DNA of 64,000 bases from Azolla caroliniana (lineage: Eukaryota > Plantae > Polypodiophyta): the NCBI GenBank assembly GCA_043228905.1, contig JBHGNT010000143.1, forward strand, positions 3,451-67,450, read 5' to 3'. Below are positions 12,996-26,523 of the stretch, piece after piece. How positions within the stretch are numbered: position 1 is the first letter of the stretch; every line of letters starts with the position of its first letter. The translations under genes and the position numbers were made by a program. The notes below the pieces were generated by a model. The model was given only the letters and a program-made list of their open reading frames with translations, made no database searches and was not told the origin of the DNA.

Positions 12996-14953
12996 GACCT
13001 GAGTTTCAAAATCTTGATTTTTTAATTCCATATCATAGCTAGCGTTGTTTGCTTCGATTTGCATGATTGAACACAGAAATCCGATATCACACGAGCCAGG
13101 TATGAACATTTTCATTTACCTACTAGCTCTTCTCAACTCCCTCCTCAAGTTTGCTATTTTCCTCATGTCTCTCGACCTGAGTTTCAAAATCTTGATTTTT
13201 TAATTCCATATCATAGCTAGCATTGCTAGCTTCGATTTGCATGATTGAACACAAAAATCCGATATCACACGAGCCCGGTATGAACATTTTAATTTACCTA
13301 CTAGCTCTTCTCAACTCCCTCCTCAGGTTTGCTATTTTCGTCATGTCTCTCGACCTGAGTTTCAAAATCTTGTTTTTTTAATTCCATATCATAGGTAGCG
13401 TTGTTAGCTTCGATTTGCATGGTTGAACACAAAAATCCGATATCACACGAGCCAGGTATGAACATTTTAATTTACCTACTAGCTCTTCTCAACTCCCTCC
13501 TCAAGTTTGCTATTTTCGTCATGTCTCTCGACCTGAGTTTCAAAATCCTGATTTTTTAATTCCATATCATAGCTAGCGTTGCTAGCTTCGATTTGCATGG
13601 TTGAACACAAAAATCCGATATCACACGAGCCAGGTATGAACATTTTAATTTACCTACTAGCTCTTCTCAACTCCCTCCTCAAGTTTGCTATTTTCGTCAT
13701 GTCTCTCGACCTGAGTTTCAAAATCTTCTTTTTTTAATTCCATATCATAGCTAGCGTTGTTTGCTTCGATTTGCATGATTGAACACAAAAATCCGATATC
13801 ACACGAGCCAGGTATGAACATTTTAATTTACCTACTAGCTCTTCTCAACTCCCTCCTCAAGTTTGCTATTTTCGTCATGTCTCTCGACCTGAGTTTCAAA
13901 ATCTTGATTTTTTAATTCCATATCATAGCTAGCGTTGTTTGCTTCGATTTGCATGATTGAACACAAAAATCCGATATCACACGAGCCAGGTATGAACATT
14001 TTCATTTACCTACTAGCTCTTCTCAACTCCCTCCTCAAGTTTGCTATTTTCCTCATGTCTCTCGACCTGAGTTTCAAAATCTTGATTTTTTAATTCCATA
14101 TCATAGCTAGCGTTGCTAGCTTCGATTTGCATGATTGAACACAAAAATCCGATATCACACGAGCCCGGTATGAACATTTTAATTTACCTACTAGCTCTTC
14201 TCAACTCCCTCCTCAGGTTTGCTATTTTCGTCATGTCTCTCGACCTGAGTTTCAAAATCTTGTTTTTTTAATTCCATATCATAGGTAGCGTTGTTAGCTT
14301 CGATTTGCATGATTGAACACAGAAATCCGATATCACACGAGCCAGGTATGAACATTTTAATTTACCTACTAGCTCTTCTCAACTCCCTCCTCAAGTTTGC
14401 TATTTTCGTCATGTCTCTCGACCTGAGTTTCAAAATCTTGATTTTTTAATTCTATATCATAGCTAGCGTTGCTAGCTTCGATTTGAATGGTTGAACACAA
14501 AAATCCGATATCACACGAGCCAGGTATGAACATTTTAATTTACCTACTAGCTCTTCTCAACTCCCTCCTCAAGTTTGCTATTTTCGTCATGTCTCTCGAC
14601 CTGAGTTTCAAAATCCTGATTTTTTAATTCCATATCATAGCTAGCGTTGCTAGCTTCGATTTGCATGGTTGAACACAAAAATCCGATATCACACGAGCCA
14701 GGTATGAACATTTTAATTTACCTACTAGCTCTTCTCAACTCCCTCCTCAAGTTTGCTATTTTCGTCATGTCTCTCGACCTGAGTTTCAAAATCTTGATTT
14801 TTTAATTCCATATCATAGCTAGCGTTGCTAGCTTCGATTTGCATGGTTGAACACAAAAATCCGATATCACACGAGCCAGGTATGAACATTTTAATTTACC
14901 TACTAGCTCTTCTCAACTCCCTCCTCAAGTTTGCTATTTTCGTCATGTCTCTC

Positions 14954-17900
14954 GACCTGAGTTTCAAAATCCTGATTTTTTAATTCCATATCATAGCTAG
15001 CGTTGCTAGCTTCGATTTGCATGGTTGAACACAAAAATCCGATATCACACGAGCCAGGTATGAACATTTTAATTTACCTACTAGCTCTTCTCAACTCCCT
15101 CCTCAAGTTTGCTATTTTCGTCATGTCTCTCGACCTGAGTTTCAAAATCCTGATTTTTTAATTCCATATCATAGCTAGCGTTGCTAGCTTCGATTTGCAT
15201 GGTTGAACACAAAAATCCGATATCACACGAGCCAGGTATGAACATTTTAATTTACTCAAGGGCTCCTCTCAACTCCCTCCTCAAGTTTGCTATTTTCGTC
15301 ATGTCTCTCGACCTGAGTTTGAAAATCTTGATTTTTTAATTCCATATCATAGGTAGCGTTGTTAGCTTCGATTCGCATGTTTGAACACAAGAATCCGATA
15401 TCACACGAGCCAGGTATGAACATTTTAATTTACTCAAGGGCTCCTCTCAACTCCCTCCTCAAGTTTGCTATTTTCGTCATGTCTCTCGACCTGAGTTTCA
15501 AAATCTTGATTTTTTAATTCCATATCATAGCTAGCCTTGTTTGCTTCGATTTGCATGATTGAACACAAAAATACGATATCACACGAGCCCGGTATGAACA
15601 TTTTAATTTACCTACTAGCTCTTCTCAACTCCCTCCTCAAGTTTGCTATTTTCGTCATGTCTCTCGACCTGAGTTTCAAAATCTTGTTTTTTTAATTCCA
15701 TATCATAGCTAGCGTTGTTAGCTTCGATTTGCATGATTGAACACAAAAATCCGATATCACACGAGCCAGGTATGAACATTTTAATTTACCTACTAGCTCT
15801 TCTCAACTCCCTCCTCAAGTTTGCTATTTTCGTCATGTCTCTCGACCTGAGTTTCAAAATCCTGATTTTTTAATTCCATATCATAGCTAGCGTTGCTAGC
15901 TTCGATTTGCATGGTTGAACAGAAAAATCCGATATCACACGAGCCAGGTATGAACATTTTAATTTACTCAAGGGCTCCTCTCAACTCCCTCCTCAAGTTT
16001 GCTATTTTCGTCATGTCTCTCGACCTGAGTTTCAAAATCTTGATTTTTTAATTCCATATCATAGCTAGCGTTGTTTGCTTCGATTTGCATGATTGAACAC
16101 AAAAATCCGATATCACACGAGCCAGGTATGAACATTTTAATTTACCTACTAGCTCTTCTCAACTCCCTCCTCAAGTTTGCTATTTTCGTCATGTCTCTCG
16201 ACCTGAGTTTCAAAATCTTGATTTTTTAATTCCATATCATAGCTAGCGTTGTTTGCTTCGATTTGCATGATTGAACACAAAAATCCGATATCACACGAGC
16301 CAGGTATGAACATTTTAATTTACCTACTAGCTCTTCTCAACTCCCTCCTCAAGTTTGCTATTTTCGTCATGTCTCTCGACCTGAGTTTCAAAATCTTGAT
16401 TTTTTAATTCCATATCATAGCTAGCGTTGTTTGCTTCGATTGGCATGATTGAACACAAAAATCCGATATCACACGAGCCCGGTATGAACATTTTAATTTA
16501 CCTACTAGCTCTTCTCAACTCCCTCCTCAAGTTTGCTATTTTCGTCATGTCTCTCGACCTGAGTTTCAAAATCTTGATTTTTTAATTCCATATCATAGCT
16601 AGCGTTGTTTGCTTCGATTTGCATGATTGAACACAAAAATCCGATATCACACGAGCCAGGTATGAACATTTTCATTTACCTACTAGCTCTTCTCAACTCC
16701 CTCCTCAAGTTTGCTATTTTCCTCATGTCTCTCGACCTGAGTTTCAAAATCTTGATTTTTTAATTCCATATCATAGCTAGCGTTGCTAGCTTCGATTTGC
16801 ATGATTGAACACAAAAATCCGATATCACACGAGCCCGGTATGAACATTTTAATTTACCTACTAGCTCTTCTCAACTCCCTCCTCAGGTTTGCTATTTTCG
16901 TCATGTCTCTCGACCTGAGTTTCAAAATCTTGTTTTTTTAATTCCATATCATAGGTAGCGTTGTTAGCTTCGATTTGCATGGTTGAACACAAAAATCCGA
17001 TATCACACGAGCCAGGTATGAACATTTTAATTTACCTACTAGCTCTTCTCAACTCCCTCCTCAAGTTTGCTATTTTCGTCATGTCTCTCGACCTGAGTTT
17101 CAAAATCCTGATTTTTTAATTCCATATCATAGCTAGCGTTGCTAGCTTCGATTTGCATGGTTGAACACAAAAATCCGATATCACACGAGCCAGGTATGAA
17201 CATTTTAATTTACCTACTAGCTCTTCTCAACTCCCTCCTCAAGTTTGCTATTTTCGTCATGTCTCTCGACCTGAGTTTCAAAATCCTGATTTTTTAATTC
17301 CATATCATAGCTAGCGTTGCTAGCTTCGATTTGCATGGTTGAACACAAAAATCCGATATCACACGAGCCAGGTATGAACATTTTAATTTACTCAAGGGCT
17401 CCTCTCAACTCCCTCCTCAAGTTTGCTATTTTCGTCATGTCTCTCGACCTGAGTTTGAAAATCTTGATTTTTTAATTCCATATCATAGGTAGCGTTGTTA
17501 GCTTCGATTCGCATGTTTGAACACAAGAATCCGATATCACACGAGCCAGGTATGAACATTTTAATTTACTCAAGGGCTCCTCTCAACTCCCTCCTCAAGT
17601 TTGCTATTTTCGTCATGTCTCTCGACCTGAGTTTCAAAATCTTGATTTTTTAATTCCATATCATAGCTAGCCTTGTTTGCTTCGATTTGCATGATTGAAC
17701 ACAAAAATACGATATCACACGAGCCCGGTATGAACATTTTAATTTACCTACTAGCTCTTCTCAACTCCCTCCTCAAGTTTGCTATTTTCGTCATGTCTCT
17801 CGACCTGAGTTTCAAAATCTTGTTTTTTTAATTCCATATCATAGCTAGCGTTGTTAGCTTCGATTTGCATGATTGAACACAAAAATCCGATATCACACGA

Positions 17901-20900
17901 GCCAGGTATGAACATTTTAATTTACCTACTAGCTCTTCTCAACTCCCTCCTCAAGTTTGCTATTTTCGTCATGTCTCTCGACCTGAGTTTCAAAATCCTG
18001 ATTTTTTAATTCCATATCATAGCTAGCGTTGCTAGCTTCGATTTGCATGGTTGAACAGAAAAATCCGATATCACACGAGCCAGGTATGAACATTTTAATT
18101 TACTCAAGGGCTCCTCTCAACTCCCTCCTCAAGTTTGCTATTTTCGTCATGTCTCTCGACCTGAGTTTCAAAATCTTGATTTTTTAATTCCATATCATAG
18201 CTAGCGTTGTTTGCTTCGATTTGCATGATTGAACACAAAAATCCGATATCACACGAGCCAGGTATGAACATTTTAATTTACCTACTAGCTCTTCTCAACT
18301 CCCTCCTCAAGTTTGCTATTTTCGTCATGTCTCTCGACCTGAGTTTCAAAATCTTGATTTTTTAATTCCATATCATAGCTAGCGTTGTTTGCTTCGATTT
18401 GCATGATTGAACACAAAAATCCGATATCACACGAGCCAGGTATGAACATTTTAATTTACCTACTAGCTCTTCTCAACTCCCTCCTCAAGTTTGCTATTTT
18501 CGTCATGTCTCTCGACCTGAGTTTCAAAATCTTGATTTTTTAATTCCATATCATAGCTAGCGTTGTTTGCTTCGATTGGCATGATTGAACACAAAAATCC
18601 GATATCACACGAGCCCGGTATGAACATTTTAATTTACCTACTAGCTCTTCTCAACTCCCTCCTCAAGTTTGCTATTTTCGTCATGTCTCTCGACCTGAGT
18701 TTCAAAATCTTGATTTTTTAATTCCATATCATAGCTAGCGTTGTTTGCTTCGATTTGCATGATTGAACACAAAAATCCGATATCACACGAGCCAGGTATG
18801 AACATTTTCATTTACCTACTAGCTCTTCTCAACTCCCTCCTCAAGTTTGCTATTTTCCTCATGTCTCTCGACCTGAGTTTCAAAATCTTGATTTTTTAAT
18901 TCCATATCATAGCTAGCGTTGCTAGCTTCGATTTGCATGATTGAACACAAAAATCCGATATCACACGAGCCCGGTATGAACATTTTAATTTACCTACTAG
19001 CTCTTCTCAACTCCCTCCTCAGGTTTGCTATTTTCGTCATGTCTCTCGACCTGAGTTTCAAAATCTTGTTTTTTTAATTCCATATCATAGGTAGCGTTGT
19101 TAGCTTCGATTTGCATGGTTGAACACAAAAATCCGATATCACACGAGCCAGGTATGAACATTTTAATTTACCTACTAGCTCTTCTCAACTCCCTCCTCAA
19201 GTTTGCTATTTTCGTCATGTCTCTCGACCTGAGTTTCAAAATCCTGATTTTTTAATTCCATATCATAGCTAGCGTTGCTAGCTTCGATTTGCATGGTTGA
19301 ACACAAAAATCCGATATCACACGAGCCAGGTATGAACATTTTAATTTACCTACTAGCTCTTCTCAACTCCCTCCTCAAGTTTGCTATTTTCGTCATGTCT
19401 CTCGACCTGAGTTTCAAAATCCTGATTTTTTAATTCCATATCATAGCTAGCGTTGCTAGCTTCGATTTGCATGGTTGAACACAAAAATCCGATATCACAC
19501 GAGCCAGGTATGAACATTTTAATTTACTCAAGGGCTCCTCTCAACTCCCTCCTCAAGTTTGCTATTTTCGTCATGTCTCTCGACCTGAGTTTGAAAATCT
19601 TGATTTTTTAATTCCATATCATAGGTAGCGTTGTTAGCTTCGATTCGCATGTTTGAACACAAGAATCCGATATCACACGAGCCAGGTATGAACATTTTAA
19701 TTTACTCAAGGGCTCCTCTCAACTCCCTCCTCAAGTTTGCTATTTTCGTCATGTCTCTCGACCTGAGTTTCAAAATCTTGATTTTTTAATTCCATATCAT
19801 AGCTAGCCTTGTTTGCTTCGATTTGCATGATTGAACACAAAAATACGATATCACACGAGCCCGGTATGAACATTTTAATTTACCTACTAGCTCTTCTCAA
19901 CTCCCTCCTCAAGTTTGCTATTTTCGTCATGTCTCTCGACCTGAGTTTCAAAATCTTGTTTTTTTAATTCCATATCATAGCTAGCGTTGTTAGCTTCGAT
20001 TTGCATGATTGAACACAAAAATCCGATATCACACGAGCCAGGTATGAACATTTTAATTTACCTACTAGCTCTTCTCAACTCCCTCCTCAAGTTTGCTATT
20101 TTCGTCATGTCTCTCGACCTGAGTTTCAAAATCCTGATTTTTTAATTCCATATCATAGCTAGCGTTGCTAGCTTCGATTTGCATGGTTGAACAGAAAAAT
20201 CCGATATCACACGAGCCAGGTATGAACATTTTAATTTACTCAAGGGCTCCTCTCAACTCCCTCCTCAAGTTTGCTATTTTCGTCATGTCTCTCGACCTGA
20301 GTTTCAAAATCTTGATTTTTTAATTCCATATCATAGCTAGCGTTGTTTGCTTCGATTTGCATGATTGAACACAAAAATCCGATATCACACGAGCCAGGTA
20401 TGAACATTTTAATTTACCTACTAGCTCTTCTCAACTCCCTCCTCAAGTTTGCTATTTTCGTCATGTCTCTCGACCTGAGTTTCAAAATCTTGATTTTTTA
20501 ATTCCATATCATAGCTAGCGTTGTTTGCTTCGATTTGCATGATTGAACACAAAAATCCGATATCACACGAGCCAGGTATGAACATTTTAATTTACCTACT
20601 AGCTCTTCTCAACTCCCTCCTCAAGTTTGCTATTTTCGTCATGTCTCTCGACCTGAGTTTCAAAATCTTGATTTTTTAATTCCATATCATAGCTAGCGTT
20701 GTTTGCTTCGATTGGCATGATTGAACACAAAAATCCGATATCACACGAGCCCGGTATGAACATTTTAATTTACCTACTAGCTCTTCTCAACTCCCTCCTC
20801 AAGTTTGCTATTTTCGTCATGTCTCTCGACCTGAGTTTCAAAATCTTGATTTTTTAATTCCATATCATAGCTAGCGTTGTTTGCTTCGATTTGCATGATT

Positions 20901-21539
20901 GAACACAAAAATCCGATATCACACGAGCCAGGTATGAACATTTTCATTTACCTACTAGCTCTTCTCAACTGCCTCCTCAAGTTTGCTATTTTCCTCATGT
21001 CTCTCGACCTGAGTTTCAAAATCTTGATTTTTTAATTCCATATCATAGCTAGCGTTGCTAGCTTCGATTTGCATGATTGAACACAAAAATCCGATATCAC
21101 ACGAGCCCGGTATGAACATTTTAATTTACCTACTAGCTCTTCTCAACTCCCTCCTCAGGTTTGCTATTTTCGTCATGTCTCTCGACCTGAGTTTCAAAAT
21201 CTTGTTTTTTTAATTCCATATCATAGGTAGCGTTGTTAGCTTCGATTTGCATGGTTGAACACAAAAATCCGATATCACACGAGCCCGGTATGAACATTTT
21301 AATTTACCTACTAGCTCTTCTCAACTCCCTCCTCAAGTTTGCTATTTTCGTCATGTCTCTCGACCTGAGTTTCAAAATCCTGATTTTTTAATTCCATATC
21401 ATAGCTAGCGTTGCTAGCTTCGATTTGCATGGTTGAACACAAAAATCCGATATCACACGAGCCAGGTATGAACATTTTAATTTACCTACTAGCTCTTCTC
21501 AACTCCCTCCTCAAGTTTGCTATTTTCGTCATGTCTCTC
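14954..21539. repeat. Higher-order repeat B: about 3 x 12 monomers (2136 bp)
   Basis: GTTTGAAAAT/AAGAAT monomers start at 15310, 17446 and 19582, each followed by the same ordered variants. Confidence 0.88.
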
Positions 21540-23141
21540 GACCTGAGTTTCAAAATCTTCTTTTTTTAATTCCATATCATAGCTAGCGTTGTTTGCTTCG
21601 ATTTGCATGATTGAACACAAAAATCCGATATCACACGAGCCAGGTATGAACATTTTAATTTACCTACTAGCTCTTCTCAACTCCCTCCTCAAGTTTGCTA
21701 TTTTCGTCATGTCTCTCGACCTGAGTTTCAAAATCTTGATTTTTTAATTCCATATCATAGCTAGCGTTGTTTGCTTCGATTTGCATGATTGAACACAAAA
21801 ATCCGATATCACACGAGCCAGGTATGAACATTTTCATTTACCTACTAGCTCTTCTCAACTCCCTCCTCAAGTTTGCTATTTTCCTCATGTCTCTCGACCT
21901 GAGTTTCAAAATCTTGATTTTTTAATTCCATATCATAGCTAGCGTTGCTAGCTTCGATTTGCATGATTGAACACAAAAATCCGATATCACACAAGCCCGG
22001 TATGAACATTTTAATTTACCTACTAGCTCTTCTCAACTCCCTCCTCAGGTTTGCTATTTTCGTCATGTCTCTCGACCTGAGTTTCAAAATCTTGTTTTTT
22101 TAATTCCATATCATAGGTAGCGTTGTTAGCTTCGATTTGCATGATTGAACACAGAAATCCGATATCACACGAGCCAGGTATGAACATTTTAATTTACCTA
22201 CTAGCTCTTCTCAACTCCCTCCTCAAGTTTGCTATTTTCGTCATGTCTCTCGACCTGAGTTTCAAAATCTTGATTTTTTAATTCTATATCATAGCTAGCG
22301 TTGCTAGCTTCGATTTGCATGGTTGAACACAAAAATCCGATATCACACGAGCCAGGTATGAACATTTTAATTTACCTACTAGCTCTTCTCAACTCCCTCC
22401 TCAAGTTTGCTATTTTCGTCATGTCTCTCGACCTGAGTTTCAAAATCCTGATTTTTTAATTCCATATCATAGCTAGCGTTGCTAGCTTCGATTTGCATGG
22501 TTGAACACAAAAATCCGATATCACACGAGCCAGGTATGAACATTTTAATTTACCTACTAGCTCTTCTCAACTCCCTCCTCAAGTTTGCTATTTTCGTCAT
22601 GTCTCTCGACCTGAGTTTCAAAATCCTGATTTTTTAATTCCATATCATAGCTAGCGTTGCTAGCTTCGATTTGCATGGTTGAACACAAAAATCCGATATC
22701 ACACGAGCCAGGTATGAACATTTTAATTTACCTACTAGCTCTTCTCAACTCCCTCCTCAAGTTTGCTATTTTCGTCATGTCTCTCGACCTGAGTTTCAAA
22801 ATCCTGATTTTTTAATTCCATATCATAGCTAGCGTTGCTAGCTTCGATTTGCATGGTTGAACACAAAAATCCGATATCACACGAGCCAGGTATGAACATT
22901 TTAATTTACCTACTAGCTCTTCTCAACTCCCTCCTCAAGTTTGCTATTTTCGTCATGTCTCTCGACCTGAGTTTCAAAATCCTGATTTTTTAATTCCATA
23001 TCATAGCTAGCGTTGCTAGCTTCGATTTGCATGGTTGAACACAAAAATCCGATATCACACGAGCCAGGTATGAACATTTTAATTTACCTACTAGCTCTTC
23101 TCAACTCCCTCCTCAAGTTTGCTATTTTCGTCATGTCTCTC

Positions 23142-26100
23142 GACCTGAGTTTCAAAATCTTCTTTTTTTAATTCCATATCATAGCTAGCGTTGTTTGCTT
23201 CGATTTGCATGATTGAACACAAAAATCCGATATCACACGAGCCAGGTATGAACATTTTAATTTACCTACTAGCTCTTCTCAACTCCCTCCTCAAGTTTGC
23301 TATTTTCGTCATGTCTCTCGACCTGAGTTTCAAAATCTTGATTTTTTAATTCCATATCATAGCTAGCGTTGTTTGCTTCGATTTGCATGATTGAACACAA
23401 AAATCCGATATCACACGAGCCAGGTATGAACATTTTCATTTACCTACTAGCTCTTCTCAACTCCCTCCTCAAGTTTGCTATTTTCCTCATGTCTCTCGAC
23501 CTGAGTTTCAAAATCTTGATTTTTTAATTCCATATCATAGCTAGCGTTGCTAGCTTCGATTTGCATGATTGAACACAAAAATCCGATATCACACGAGCCC
23601 GGTATGAACATTTTAATTTACCTACTAGCTCTTCTCAACTCCCTCCTCAGGTTTGCTATTTTCGTCATGTCTCTCGACCTGAGTTTCAAAATCTTGTTTT
23701 TTTAATTCCATATCATAGGTAGCGTTGTTAGCTTCGATTTGCATGGTTGAACACAAAAATCCGATATCACACGAGCCAGGTATGAACATTTTAATTTACC
23801 TACTAGCTCTTCTCAACTCCCTCCTCAAGTTTGCTATTTTCGTCATGTCTCTCGACCTGAGTTTCAAAATCCTGATTTTTTAATTCCATATCATAGCTAG
23901 CGTTGCTAGCTTCGATTTGCATGGTTGAACACAAAAATCCGATATCACACGAGCCAGGTATGAACATTTTAATTTACCTACTAGCTCTTCTCAACTCCCT
24001 CCTCAAGTTTGCTATTTTCGTCATGTCTCTCGACCTGAGTTTCAAAATCCTGATTTTTTAATTCCATATCATAGCTAGCGTTGCTAGCTTCGATTTGCAT
24101 GGTTGAACACAAAAATCCGATATCACACGAGCCAGGTATGAACATTTTAATTTACCTACTAGCTCTTCTCAACTCCCTCCTCAAGTTTGCTATTTTCGTC
24201 ATGTCTCTCGACCTGAGTTTCAAAATCTTCTTTTTTTAATTCCATATCATAGCTAGCGTTGTTTGCTTCGATTTGCATGATTGAACACAAAAATCCGATA
24301 TCACACGAGCCAGGTATGAACATTTTAATTTACCTACTAGCTCTTCTCAACTCCCTCCTCAAGTTTGCTATTTTCGTCATGTCTCTCGACCTGAGTTTCA
24401 AAATCTTGATTTTTTAATTCCATATCATAGCTAGCGTTGTTTGCTTCGATTTGCATGATTGAACACAAAAATCCGATATCACACGAGCCAGGTATGAACA
24501 TTTTCATTTACCTACTAGCTCTTCTCAACTCCCTCCTCAAGTTTGCTATTTTCCTCATGTCTCTCGACCTGAGTTTCAAAATCTTGATTTTTTAATTCCA
24601 TATCATAGCTAGCGTTGCTAGCTTCGATTTGCATGATTGAACACAAAAATCCGATATCACACGAGCCCGGTATGAACATTTTAATTTACCTACTAGCTCT
24701 TCTCAACTCCCTCCTCAGGTTTGCTATTTTCGTCATGTCTCTGGACCTGAGTTTCAAAATCTTGTTTTTTTAATTCCATATCATAGGTAGCGTTGTTAGC
24801 TTCGATTTGCATGGTTGAACACAAACATCCGATATCACACGAGCCAGGTATGAACATTTTAATTTACCTACTAGCTCTTCTCAACTCCCTCCTCAAGTTT
24901 GCTATTTTCGTCATGTCTCTCGACCTAAGTTTCAAAATCCTGATTTTTTAATTCCATATCATAGCTAGCGTTGCTAGCTTCGATTTGCATGGTTGAACAC
25001 AAAAATCCGATATCACACGAGCCAGGTATGAACATTTTAATTTACCTACTAGCTCTTCTCAACTCCCTCCTCAAGTTTGCTATTTTCGTCATGTCTCTCG
25101 ACCTGAGTTTCAAAATCCTGATTTTTTAATTCCATATCATAGCTAGCGTTGCTAGCTTCGATTTGCATGGTTGAACACAAAAATCCGATATCACACGAGC
25201 CAGGTATGAACATTTTAATTTACCTACTAGCTCTTCTCAACTCCCTCCTCAAGTTTGCTATTTTCGTCATGTCTCTCGACCTGAGTTTCAAAATCTTCTT
25301 TTTTTAATTCCATATCATAGCTAGCGTTGTTTGCTTCGATTTGCATGATTGAACACAAAAATCCGATATCACACGAGCCAGGTATGAACATTTTAATTTA
25401 CCTACTAGCTCTTCTCAACTCCCTCCTCAAGTTTGCTATTTTCGTCATGTCTCTCGACCTGAGTTTCAAAATCTTGATTTTTTAATTCCATATCATAGCT
25501 AGCGTTGCTAGCTTCGATTTGCATGATTGAACACAAAAATCCGATATCACACGAGCCCGGTATGAACATTTTAATTTACCTACTAGCTCTTCTCAACTCC
25601 CTCCTCAGGTTTGCTATTTTCGTCATGTCTCTCGACCTGAGTTTCAAAATCTTGTTTTTTTAATTCCATATCATAGGTAGCGTTGTTAGCTTCGATTTGC
25701 ATGATTGAACACAGAAATCCGATATCACACGAGCCAGGTATGAACATTTTAATTTACCTACTAGCTCTTCTCAACTCCCTCCTCAAGTTTGCTATTTTCG
25801 TCATGTCTCTCGACCTGAGTTTCAAAATCTTGATTTTTTAATTCTATATCATAGCTAGCGTTGCTAGCTTCGATTTGCATGGTTGAACACAAAAATCCGA
25901 TATCACACGAGCCAGGTATGAACATTTTAATTTACCTACTAGCTCTTCTCAACTCCCTCCTCAAGTTTGCTATTTTCGTCATGTCTCTCGACCTGAGTTT
26001 CAAAATCCTGATTTTTTAATTCCATATCATAGCTAGCGTTGCTAGCTTCGATTTGCATGGTTGAACACAAAAATCCGATATCACACGAGCCAGGTATGAA

Positions 26101-26523
26101 CATTTTAATTTACCTACTAGCTCTTCTCAACTCCCTCCTCAAGTTTGCTATTTTCGTCATGTCTCTCGACCTGAGTTTCAAAATCCTGATTTTTTAATTC
26201 CATATCATAGCTAGCGTTGCTAGCTTCGATTTGCATGGTTGAACACAAAAATCCGATATCACACGAGCCAGGTATGAACATTTTAATTTACCTACTAGCT
26301 CTTCTCAACTCCCTCCTCAAGTTTGCTATTTTCGTCATGTCTCTCGACCTGAGTTTCAAAATCTTCTTTTTTTAATTCCATATCATAGCTAGCGTTGTTT
26401 GCTTCGATTTGCATGATTGAACACAAAAATCCGATATCACACGAGCCGGGTATGAACATTTTAATTTACCTACTAGCTCTTCTCAACTCCCTCCTCAAGT
26501 TTGCTATTTTCGTCATGTCTCTC
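23142..26523. repeat. Imperfect 6-monomer (1068 bp) periodicity
   Basis: CTTCTTTT-variant monomers start at 23142, 24210, 25278 and 26346. Confidence 0.75.
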
